Part shown: positions 48,201 through 58,393 of the stretch, in pieces
Layout: each line of letters opens with the position of its first letter
Position numbering within the stretch: the first letter of the stretch is position 1
From: Octopus bimaculoides
Lineage: Eukaryota
Length of the DNA stretch: 64,000 nt
Direction of reading: 5' to 3'
Assembly (NCBI RefSeq): GCF_001194135.2
Contig: NC_068986.1
Span: 22,520,562-22,584,561, forward strand
Position numbers and translations under genes: made by a program
The notes under the pieces: model-generated
Told to the model about the DNA's origin: nothing
The model's database searches: none
Seen by the model: the letters and a program-made list of their open reading frames with translations, nothing else

Positions 48201-50695
48201 TGAAGAAAATAGGATCATTGGCTCAAAGGATGAGTTCAAACTATTGCAAATCTTTGGTGATAATAATATGCAACAGTGTACGCATGTGTGTGTGAGACAG
48301 GGAGGTAGGGAGGGAGGCAATTTTGTAAATGTAGATATTTGCATGAAGTATTTCAGAGTATCATGCATTATTTATTAATGAATACAAGCCTAGAAGCTGA
48401 TTCATAAATTTTAGGATTACAATCTTCAATAAGTATTGTATGGGGCTCAGAATTAAGTACTACGCAACAGCTATTTGAACCTCTCATCCCCACAAGCTAG
48501 AATACGAACAGAATGACAAAAACCACTGGTGGAAATATCTGTTACTCCATAAGTCTAAGTTTTCAAAATGTTTTTTTTTTTATAATGTATAAAGTTTAGT
48601 GGCTGCAATAAAATTATCCAAGAAAAAATTTTAAAATCTCAAATGTAAACATCTAAAATTTTATTTAAGAAAATGTGAGACTAAGTTAGGGAAAAATAAA
48701 ATAAACACAAATGAAAATTAATATACCTCTATGAATAGCTTCATTGTTTGGTTCTTGAAACAATATTTCATAAGGCAAAACTTGCAGCCTATCTCTGGTG
48801 TTTTTGTCGATAACTTCAGAAAGAACTTCTTTGATAGTGTAAATATTTTCTCCAATGCGCTGAATAATTAAAATCGAATACAAATATTTGAATCCTGAAT
48901 TCTTTTAAGGGCAAAAGAAATGAAATTGTTTAAAGAGCAAAAACAATACAAAATGAATGGTTACATGTTTAGATACGAGGTTTCATAAAAACAGAACTAC
49001 AACATGTATCAATTTGGCATTTAATCTCCTTCAAAGTAGTCCTCTTCGGAAGCTACACACTCAATCCAGAGCTGTTTCCACTGAAGGAATCATTCCTGGA
49101 ACTCGTTTTCTGGGATAATCAGCAGCTGCCTCATTGCATTCACTTTGATTTTTGGAAAGAGGAAAAAATCACAAGGGGCGAGATCTAGGGAATATGGTGG
49201 CTGTTGGACTATATTTTAGTGTACACCATCTGTCCACTGTTTAGTTTAACTGGTACTACTTAAATAGAGGTACCGACGCCGGTAGAGACGGACTATATGT
49301 AATCTGAACCTTTCGCCCCCTTATTTATTAATTTTTTTTTACGGAATCCCACGTTTTAGGCTATGGAGATTCCGATTCTGAAAAAAATTGTTTTGAAAAA
49401 TTTCACCCCCCCCCCACCAAGCAGGCTATTTACAGGCTAGAAATAACAGCCAAATCTCACAAAACTAGTGTTAGGGTTAGGGTTTGAGTAGTACCGTTTT
49501 AACTTCCCAGTTGCCAGGACTCAGTGGAAATGGTTATGTTTAATTGCCTTTAGTCAGTGTTTAATTGTATACTTAATAGCATACCAACAGGCCTAGAATT
49601 AAAAATGAATCATTTTTGACGTCAATAATTACTCTCTTTCAAATAGCAGTTCATGTATTCGTGTACTGTGATAGTCATTATTTTTATTATTTCTAAGGAT
49701 GAGCACTACAGCCTCCATCGGTGCTTATCTCTAGATTTGTGTATACGCTCATCTGAAGGCCTTGTGTATCGATTTCAAATCGTTAATGATCTTTTCTGGT
49801 AAATAGGTTTTATATAGAACTAACGTATATATGGTTTGTAAGACAAAGATTTTGCATTTAGTTCTGGTTTTATCGAGGGGCTTCATAAACATGTTTTAAA
49901 ACTTGGGTAGTAAGGAGTAACGTCAATTTTATTACTCAGAGAAATAAAGGGCCAAACATTACAAAACCCCATTTTGGTATCTTTAAGTTATAAACCAAAC
50001 TTTCAATTTAAAAAAGGGACCATAGACATATTTGTAATGAGATGAGGAGTTATTACAAGTTACGAAGGCTAGTGCATAAAAGATTGAAAGTGAAAATGAT
50101 GAATGCAGAGCATTGATGTACACCATCTATTTTACAAACTCTTTTTTAAAATTCACTTGCAATGCCAATTTTGCTTTATGATACCCATTCGTAGTTCACT
50201 CCACTCTTATGGAGCCATTCACCTACTCATAATTTTCTCAGTGCTCAAGACTGAATAAGAGTTAGTGTCAAAGGCATTTTACAGATTTAACAAATAACCA
50301 CGTACAGCTGTTCTTGGTTAACAATTTCATTTATATAGTAAATTATCTGATACGTTTAATAATCTTTTTAAGTTTTCTGAATAAGTCGTTTCGACCTCTT
50401 ACATAACGAAATGAAAGTAATGTTTTAATCAAACGTTTCGCCACAAAATTCTCAAGTATATTCTAAAAGTTTTAGCACATGTTTCAGTCGTGGCATGCAA
50501 GCAAAAGGCACGTGGAGCAAATCAATCAGCAATAGTTATTTTACATGTGGAAAAGAACCTTTAGACATTTTACGATGTAATTTCATAACGTTTCAAAAAG
50601 GAATGACTTACGTCTATAGGAGCATTCTTGATAAAAGCTCCGGAATCAACAATAACAAACTTGACTTTCTTTCGATTTAATTGATCAGACGCCAT
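38955..50695 (-). CDS. NOB1: RNA-binding protein NOB1 (18S rRNA site-D PIN endonuclease), complete; complement(join(38955-39224,39774-39915,40391-40488,45024-45347,46605-46679,48006-48139,48727-48859,50612-50695))
   Basis: The 8 GT-AG exons sum to 1260 nt (419 aa + TAA). PIN motifs VIVDSGAFI, TIKEVLSEV, KTGDYRSLSAVD and SDFAMQNV are present, along with an acidic linker containing EGWITPENI, a Zn ribbon CSAC...CPSCGNKTL, and the C-terminal YSLPLPQGGKHSNNP...EDQR...NPN. Confidence 0.97.
39774..39915 (-). CDS. NOB1: NOB1 exon 7, ICTVLTKMFCPSCGNKTLKRISMTV...RGLK
   Basis: cttgcag acceptor, gtaagt donor, 142 nt, phase 2-0. Confidence 0.95.
40391..40488 (-). CDS. NOB1: NOB1 exon 6, NVLIQMGLNVLSVDGLLIKQAKSYVLRCSACM
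   Basis: ttttcag acceptor, gtaagt donor, 98 nt, phase 0-2. Confidence 0.95.
42490..42690 (+). mobile_element. RTE 3'-tail repeat in NOB1 intron 5
   Basis: GTGCCGGTGGCAAGTAAAAAGCACCCACTAC...GGACGTTAAACGATGACGATGATG. Confidence 0.75.
42725..42965 (-). mobile_element. RTE LINE RT fragment
   Basis: LHGSETWTLNAEDMCRLERNEGSMLRWMCNIS; same family as 19728-21130. Confidence 0.8.
43030..43290 (+). mobile_element. RTE-type LINE C-terminal fragment
   Basis: PIDRRRTRSRPRRRWLDN...ASDRTQWKRCLRNLS*; the RxRxRPRRRW and DRxxW motifs are typical of RTE ORF ends; borders approximate. Confidence 0.6.
43720..44400 (-). mobile_element. Decayed RTE-type LINE 3' end
   Basis: HIPK*LLYGKFAVANRTVNDQKKVLKASLNITLKAMGIDTEF*EQ and terminal YLVSHLQAH Zn-finger remnant; borders approximate. 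Confidence 0.65.
45024..45347 (-). CDS. NOB1: NOB1 exon 5, acidic linker to GCLTSDFAMQ
   Basis: ttttgtag acceptor, gtttgt donor, 324 nt, phase 0-0. Confidence 0.95.
45545..45990 (-). mobile_element. Young RTE 3' UTR insertion in NOB1 intron 4 with an internal direct repeat
   Basis: CpG-rich; TTATGTGCCACCCGCACAAGAGCCAGTCCAGGGGCACTGGCAACGATCTC occurs twice (about 45757-45808 and 45870-45921); (GAT)n tail at 45545. Confidence 0.8.
46605..46679 (-). CDS. NOB1: NOB1 exon 4, TNWINARNPLGKVTDIAGFYLDTKQ
   Basis: T-rich tract + caag acceptor, gtatag donor, 75 nt, phase 0-0; IAGFYL matches the conserved IxGF motif after PIN. Confidence 0.85.
47769..47941. mobile_element. hAT (Charlie-like) MITE in NOB1 intron 3
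   Basis: TIRs CAGTGCTTCTTTAACT/AGTTTAAGAAGCGCTG; 8-bp flanks TTCTAGAC/CTCTAGAC fit the NTCTAGAN target. Confidence 0.8.
48006..48139 (-). CDS. NOB1: NOB1 exon 3, VTEFSKKTGDYRSLSAVD...EPTRK
   Basis: tttccag acceptor, gtattt donor, 134 nt, phase 1-0. Confidence 0.95.
48727..48859 (-). CDS. NOB1: NOB1 exon 2, RIGENIYTIKEV...EAIHR
   Basis: ttcag acceptor, gtatat donor, 133 nt, phase 0-1. Confidence 0.95.
48974..49210 (-). mobile_element. Mariner transposase 3' fragment
   Basis: minus-strand QQPPYSLDLAPCDFFLFPKIK...IPENEFQE*FLQWKQLWIECVASEEDYFEGD*; TA-CGAGG TIR-like end at 48974. Confidence 0.82.
50612..50695 (-). CDS. NOB1: NOB1 exon 1, MASDQLNRKKVKFVIVDSGAFIKNAPID
   Basis: ATG in aaaATGG context, gtaagt donor, 84 nt; contains the first PIN Asp. 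Confidence 0.92.
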
Positions 50696-50790
50696 TTTCG
50701 AGATCTCGTGTAAAGTTTAGAGATGAGAGCTCCAACCGGAAATGACGTCAACGACCCTCCTCCTTCAACTTTCTCACCTTAACTTGTGTT
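50686..50790. promoter_or_regulatory. NOB1 core promoter region with YY1-like, palindromic, ETS and CRE motifs
   Basis: AAAATGGCG (minus strand) overlaps the ATG; palindrome CGAGATCTCG at 50699-50708; CCGGAAAT at 50736-50743 overlaps TGACGTCA at 50743-50750; CpG-rich context. Motif function is inferred. Confidence 0.65.
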
Positions 50791-50964
50791 AAAACGTTTC
50801 AATTAAACATTCTTCTTGTTAAGTTAAAAAATCGAATGTTGACACTATAAAAGCGACAAAATATTTATAAAAGTTGTTAATATATTACTGGTAAAATATT
50901 TATTCACTGTATGAAAAAAACAAACTATTTCCTTTGAAAGTAATGACGTAATTAATCACATGAC

Positions 50965-51091
50965 CGTCAGTGATGAAGAAGTAGAACTTAACAGCAATTC
51001 CATCACTGATGTACTGAGAGTGTAAATGTCAGTTTTAATTCTTCCACAGAACGTCTAGCGAAGCTCTATTTCTAAACTGCAATTACTGACG
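50965..51091 (+). ncRNA. Candidate box C/D snoRNA (unconfirmed)
   Basis: GTGATGA at 50970-50976, CTGA at 51086-51089, terminal inverted repeat CGTCAGT/ACTGACG, internal CTGA at 51006 and 51014. No target identified. Confidence 0.3.
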
Positions 51092-51560
51092 TGTTAGAAT
51101 CTTGGGAAATATAGACGGCAGCTATTTACAGAAGCTACGAAACATAAATCTTCCACCAGCAAGTTGCTTGTACACTCATTTACATACTCCTTCTTGAATT
51201 TCTTTTTAGACAAACGGGACTTTAAAAAAAAAGCGTATGAAAGAGAAATAAAAACAAACAAACAAATAAACAGTGGCACCTGTATGAATCTAGAAACAGC
51301 TGGAGAGATCACTGTGGACACCTTTACCCTATTACCATTCTTAATGCGACAGGTCTTCCTTTATACACTCTGAACCTTATAACATTGATACCTCAGGTTT
51401 GAACTTTTTATTATTATTTTTTCTTTATTATATTGTCAATGTCCTATAGAGTGGGCGACTCGATTAACAGCAGCTGCCTGTGGTCATGAGGGAACATTTC
51501 TTAACATTGCTTTAACCTCTATCACTTCGATTCGTTTTAAAGTATTTAATGATTAATCTT

Positions 51561-52424
51561 TTCCCTCTATATATGTAGTGTGTGTTGGTGAATCTTTCAA
51601 TAGACATGTACATATCTAAATACAGCTTAACTTATTATTTTTAGTTCAATCATCTGAAATCAGCAATCATAAACAAGGACCAACAGTCTTTCTGATCTCG
51701 GATTATAGCGATCAGATTAACAAGTAACAACTAATAAATTATAATTTAAAAAAATGTTAAACCGTACTTGTCATTATACAGCAGTGTACTTCGTCATTTC
51801 TCTCTCATCACAAATCATGCTTTCTTATCTGAAAGTATTTGGTTGCTGTTTTTTTTTTTTTTTTTGGCTGAAGTAGGTGGAATGATTTAAGAAAAAAATT
51901 ACGTTTTTCTGATTTGATTTTTGTTCAATTGGAATTTGGCTCAGGCAAAATTACTGATTTTCAGTCTACGTGTAGCGCGGAAGTGGAGATATATTTATGT
52001 GTTTGTGTTTACAGCCGAATCGAGAAAGACTTCGTGTTGAGAATGACTTTCTTTTTAACTTTCTTTTTAAGTGTAGGCTGATGATAATAATCGAAAATTA
52101 CGCAATCTGTTTGTGAAAGTTATCACATATTTCGTGTTGTATTATTATTATTTTGTTTACTTTGCAGTTCGATTCAGTTACAAATATTTTAAACATTCCA
52201 ACTTTCATCTGTTTTTGACATTTCCCTCTATATATGTAGTGCGTGTTCGTGAATCTTTCAATAGACATGTACATGTCTAAATACAGCTTAACTTATTATT
52301 TTTAGTTCAATCATCTGAAATCAGTAATCATAACAAGAACCAACAGTCTTTCTGATCTCGGATTATAGCGATCAGATTAACAATTAACAAGTCATAAATT
52401 ATAAAAAAAAAAAAATGTTAAACC
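51561..52424. repeat. Direct duplication of about 200 bp (51561-51763 and 52222-52424)
   Basis: the two copies align end to end by eye with few substitutions or indels (roughly 90% identity); offset 661 bp. Confidence 0.92.
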
Positions 52425-52716
52425 TAGTATTTTTAAACGATCATTTAAGTGTTCTAATACCATGTATTAACGAATTTAAAGATTGTTTTCGATAATTACA
52501 TTATATGTAGAATTTTACAAGATTACCTTTCTTTAAAATGCCGAAAAAAATCTCTACCAAAAAATCAGCAGATATATAGATTATATATGTTAGTAAATGA
52601 ACGTTTGTAGTTGACTCCAGTTTGAGATAGTTAAATTTTTGACATCAAGATTTTATGTGGATTTTTTTATTGAAGATGTTTACCGACAATAACTCAACAG
52701 AGCACACACACACACA

Positions 52717-52758
<42 letters not shown>

Positions 52759-55700
52759 AAAAAACATAAATCCGGTGCACCTTAGAGTATATGTAAATAT
52801 ATAAACACACACACATACTTACACATATACATATATGGATATAGACATTTGCAATGATTGTTATTTTTTTCACTTGTCATTTTGATTAGCATATGAAATA
52901 AAAATGATTTTTATTCCACTGACCATTTTATGAAATTTTCACCTTGACTCATGCTCTATCTGAAACACCCACGCTCATATATAGCATTTACTGAGCCAAC
53001 ATCTGGTTTACACACACATATGTATGTAATACATACACACACACACTGATGATTGTTACACGCGTGGTTGTGTCTACGTGAGATTTATAGATATTTAAAA
53101 ACGAATGATATTGTGTATTCGGATAAAACGTTAGTTAAGTGCCGACTTTAATCTGTCTCAGCTGTTGTTATCCCTGCAAATACAGAATTTCGGTTTGTGC
53201 GTTGATAATGAAGTTTTCTTTTCTTTTTTTTTTATTATATGCTAAGGTAATATTACTAATTTACAAACTCCAGAATATCCATGTTGTTTTAGCAACTCGA
53301 GAAAGATGTAGGCAAAATGGAATGATTTGAACTCGGAACAACACAGCGCCGACTTTGGATAGCAGAGCTAATTTCTTAGTTATATTGTTTCGTACACGAG
53401 GAGTTGTGACTTTCATGCCAAGAGTATTAATGAAATAAAGCAAAACAAAAATCGGTGGAAGATTTACTATAAGGATTTCTAAAATGTATATAATTTTTTT
53501 TACAAGTCGTAAAAATTCCTAACGTAAGCTCACAGTCACGGGTTTATTGGGTTGAGAAATGTAAAATTCATGCCTTTCCCAACCAAACGGTTCCAGTCAG
53601 GTATCAAAAATCGACTTGTCTCACCTGGTGCTTACCACTATTCGACGGCGTGATGATTGTAGTCGTAATAATGATTTCTTAGGCACTTGGCCAGAGAGTT
53701 TCAGGAATAATAATAATAATAATCCTTCTATAGGCACAAGACCTGAAATTTGTGGGGAGTAGGCTAGCTGATTACATCGACTCCAGTGCTAATGGAATTG
53801 AATTTTAGATGTAATGTAATCTTAGGGATTTACGTGGTGTTTGGCACATGCTGACACATTTCGTTTCCAACCCTGACATAAAGATTAAATGGTCACACTC
53901 ACACGTACGATGTTGTTTTTACAACATCATGTCACATTCGTCTGTTTGTTTTGGGTTTTGTTGCTTTGATGTTAATGTAAGTTTATTCGCTGGTGGCCGC
54001 TTTTGTTAATAATGATGATGATTGTTATTTTGACCTCTCTTGTCAGGCGCGTAATTCCATTTCTCTAAAAACACGACGTTTTTATTTGATTTAATTTCCT
54101 TATTAAAACTAGCATCAAAGATGGTATATTTAATTTTTCAATAGACAAAATTATATAGTAGAAAATAGTGTGAATTCCATATTCGAAGAGATAACCAAAG
54201 GAGGAGGAATGGATTATAACAGCTATCGTATATGCGAAATAATTTTCGAGAGTAGACTCTGGGAGTCCATCCTCGATATTAAAAGAAGTATTAACGGTAT
54301 TTTAATTGCAGTAATGCAAACGATGTCCAAATCGAATTTGAACATTTAAATTCTTTTGCCGATGTAATTTCTAACTCCCGCAGTTTTATTTACGAGACAG
54401 TCTACCTAAGCCGACCTTATATAACTTTTATCGATTGAATCGTTCCTATATATCATTGATACTCTTTTTCTGGACCCTCGATGGGATGAAAGACAATACT
54501 GATCTTGGCAAGATATAAAAATCAACAGAACAAGCTCCACGTCGAACTAGTTTCTGCTCAGTCAACAATAGGGTTTTACATTCTCGATTATCTCCTTAAA
54601 ACTGTTTGACAAAAGATTTCGTCATACATTTACGATCTGGTCATTGCATTCGTTTGCATTCCCACAGTTAAAAATATCATTGGACGCCCTTCCCCAAACA
54701 CTATCCTCAAAACTTATTTCGTACAATGCGATCACCGCTAGCTGTTAAAATCCCTTCCCCTCTCCTTTTAGTTCTCATTCTTCCTCAACCTACATGAATT
54801 TTAATGTCATTGTATGTAACACTATCCTGTTGTGGAATACTGGGCAATGCTACCCTACCATATAATTTTGTGTCTGGTCAAAATAAATCATTCTTGTTGC
54901 TGGTTTTAATGACGAAAGGGAAGTGGAAATACACACGACAAAAAAAAAAAGCAGAAGAAAGAAACAAAATAACTATCATTATCATCATTCTTGTCATCTT
55001 CATTAACTAATCGACCAAATGGAAGTAAACTTATTCTTCGTTAGCAAACATTCTTTTTAATTTATACGCATAACAACCTAATATGGTACCTCTACATGGA
55101 CGTCATTCGACCTACTAGAAATAACAGCCAAGTCTCCCTCAAATCACATCCCAATGTCATAAAAAAGAAAGGAAACACTGGGGTGTGTAATCCTCGATGT
55201 ACTAAATGTTGAATGGTCATGGCCGGAGCACTTTTGACCATAGGTCAACTCGATCTCGATCAGAACTATTTTAGGATTTAATGTGTGTGTTCGTAAAACG
55301 TATTTTTATAATATGTATTATATTTTACCTCATACTTAGTGAAGGAAAGGAAGATAGTATCTCTAGTCATTTACAGGGCCATTGATACGTGCAGTAGGAA
55401 GTTAACTTCAAACTGCAGACCTGTTTTGAATGGAGTAGAATCTGCTAAAGGCGCCCATTGGGCCAAGTGATGTTAAGATAAGTAAAGAAATAAGAAAAGA
55501 TTAAGTCAAACTGGCAGCGTCCACAGTTTCCATCTATTAAAACTCAGAAAACTTTTGAAGATACTTGCCCAAGATGACTTACAGTGGAGTTAAACCTGAA
55601 GCTATTTAGTTGGAAAGTGAGTTTCTTAACTATATTGTCATGCCAGTGTTTGTTACACAATCTTTGTTTAGTATTATTATGTAAAACAAATCACCCAGTT

Positions 55701-55849
55701 TGGGTGATCTGCCCTCTGAGTTTTATGGTTATATGCCTGATCTGTTTGGCAACCTCTTGGCAACTATCACAACTGGTAGCAAAGCTAGAGAATTCCTCAT
55801 TCTGTGAACTGGGTTGTATTAGTGCTAATAAGAAAGGATGTCAACAAAG

Positions 55850-57470
55850 GGGATATTATAGACAATTTCTAGCCCATTACTCTGTTAAATACATCTACAA
55901 TAACCTCCACTTCATGCAATATATCGTAGCAGGAACAGGTAACAGATCTGGTGTTGGTGGGTCCCTGATGAGTTTGGATCAGTCAAAAACCTTCAATAGG
56001 TTTGACTATTGCTATTTGGCAGCAGTCGTAAAAGCATCCACTTTTGGATCTGTTTCCAGTGGTTGGATTACAGTAATTCACGGTGGTGCTTGTTCAATGG
56101 TCAAACTAAATGGCCATCTCATGGAATTGTTTCATATTGTATGCTCAATCTGTCAGAAGTGTCCTCTTTAATCTCTTAAAACACACTGGCTCTTGAGTCA
56201 TTGCTGCAGAAGCTAGAACTCTTGAGGGACATCCCTTTTGAGTTGGGATATAGAAGAGTTGTGTTGGATAACATCACTGTAATGGTGTCAGTCACCATGG
56301 AAGTTCAGGTACTCAGTTCCATTTTAAATGAATACAAGTTGATGGCAGGAGCAAAGGTAGATCTGAATAAGTTTGTGGGTGCTTGTAGCTTGGTAAGTAT
56401 ATGCCATTGAATACCATAGTCACTGGTCAGGTGGACTGGTTAAATTGCTTGAAGTCGAGCTTGGTCTGAACCTCCGGATAGACAGGAACTGGAATGAGAT
56501 TAGAAGTGGGGTGGCTGACCTCACTTGGAAATGGGTTGAGAGGAAACTATCCCTGAAAGGTTAAAGAAATGGTGAATGTCTACATTGCCTCCATTATAAC
56601 TTGCCACCTGACTATTGTATCTTGTCCCAGTCCATGTTTGTCCAGACTGGAGTGTCTACTTTTCACTTCCTGTAAAAGGACACATTCCACTAGTCAGGTA
56701 GTTTATCTGTTGCCAGTGCCCTTTGGAAGGTGGGCTTAGGCATGTTGTGACTATTGATGTGCAGACATGAGTTGAGACTACCTACAGATTTTCCTGGACA
56801 GTGAGCCAGTGTAAGATATGTCTTTGCAGCTTATCTCTTTGATGGAGCTGCAGTCCTAAGTCAAGAAAAGATCAAGATTGGGTACCTGGCACCTGGATTG
56901 TTGTTAGGCATTCATCACCTTCTCTCAATCAGGTAATACAGTTGGTAGAAGTTCTATCTTAGCAATATATCGAGATATATTGGGGTGTAAGAGGGACGAT
57001 ATTCTTGAGGACACTTTGGGTGTTGACAAAGATGGACTAACTGGTCTGTATTGGAGGACTCTTGGACTGGGAACTACCACAGATAACGTCCAGAAATCCC
57101 TATCCTAATAATGTGACTGAGGAGCAGTGCCAGTTCAAGATAAACCCTACAAGTATGTAAGTGCCACCAGGCAGGACTGCCTGTGATGTGTGCAAAGCAA
57201 TGAAACTGTAATGCCTGTACTTGTGCAGCGTCTTAGCATTGCTGACTTGTGGAGTTATGTGAAACAATTGTTGTTACATGTAGGACAAACCTATCAACCA
57301 AGTCCATTGTGAGAATCACGCCATGACCCAAATTTAACAAGGCAGGACAGGAAGTGAGTTTTCCTCTGTCAAGTGGCTATGGTGAAAGAGGTTGCATGGT
57401 AAATGAGGCTAAAAGGATTGAGGAAAGACACCATCCTCTTCACTTGAGCTCTCCTGGACTTTTTAGTCAC
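55850..57470 (+). mobile_element. Decayed L1/Tx1-clade LINE ORF2 (RT to C-terminus)
   Basis: SLDQSKTFNRFDYCYL...GWI...VKLNGHL...CQKCPL (degenerate DxxKAFD and RQGCPLS), WNEI...W..RKLSLKG, EGGLG; many stops and frameshifts. Confidence 0.8.
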
Positions 57471-58183
57471 AATGACTGAAACAAAAGAATACATGACGGG
57501 CTTCTTTCAGTTTTCGTCTACCATTGGTCAACCCGAGGCTATAGTAGAAGACACTCACCCAATGTGCCACACAGTGGGACTGAACCCGGAACCATGTGGT
57601 TGGGAAGCAAGCTTCTTACCATACAGCCACGCCTGCACCTATAAATTGGATATGAATGTTTAGTAACATCCGACAGTTTCTCTGATTGGCTATTTTATCT
57701 TTTCTTTTAATTAATGGCTGAAATTGGCTTTCTGTTGACCTCATTAGCAATTTGGAATTTCATGCCCAGACTCAGCCATAAAGTAAGGTTGTATTAACTA
57801 TTATTGAATAAAAAAAATATTGTGAAAAATGAAGGTGGTAAGCAGGTGAAGCATATTTGATAACTATATGAGTGTGTGTGAGTGTGCGCACATACATACT
57901 GTATTTGATGGCATAAAAGATGCATCACAATTTCAGATGTATATATTTAGAAAAAGTGCGTTAGGATGGGCAGAATTAGCTATGGGAGGCTCAACTTTAC
58001 ATATAGGATCTGGGGTGTTTTTTTGTTTTTTTTAGTGGTTGGGAGATATTTTGTTTGATAAAAAAAACGAGAAAGTATGTCTTATATGCTATCAAATACA
58101 ATGTATATGTGTGTGTACACACATACATTCAGTAGTATGCTTTGGTGAAGTACACGTTGCTAGATGTTCCGGAATATGTTTAA

Positions 58184-58393
58184 CCCTTTAGCATTCAGAT
58201 TACTCTGGTAAATGCAATGTTTATATATTCATGTTGATTTGAATTAATCATGCATTATCTTGTAGCTTTGAGATTTCATTGATGTGATTGCTTACTTTTA
58301 GAATGACATTTTTAGGTAAGTGTAAGAGGCCAGATCTGGCCAGTATGAACATAAATAGGTAGAAAAGTTTAGGCCAGTTTAAATGCTAAAGGG
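58184..58393. mobile_element. piggyBac-type MITE
   Basis: perfect 12-bp TIRs CCCTTTAGCATT/AATGCTAAAGGG; TTAA at 58180-58183 and 58394-58397. Confidence 0.85.

Noticed and set aside
49471-49485. Interstitial telomeric repeat TTAGGGTTAGGG
   Set aside because: Only two units; more likely chance or part of a repeat.
52262-52279. p53 response element in TAGACATGTACATGTCTA
   Set aside because: The CATG cores are 6 nt apart rather than 10, and neither decamer fits RRRCWWGYYY.
55584-56171. 195-aa ORF as a host gene
   Set aside because: Its C-terminal half is degenerate L1/Tx1 reverse transcriptase and its N-terminal half is read-through of flanking sequence.
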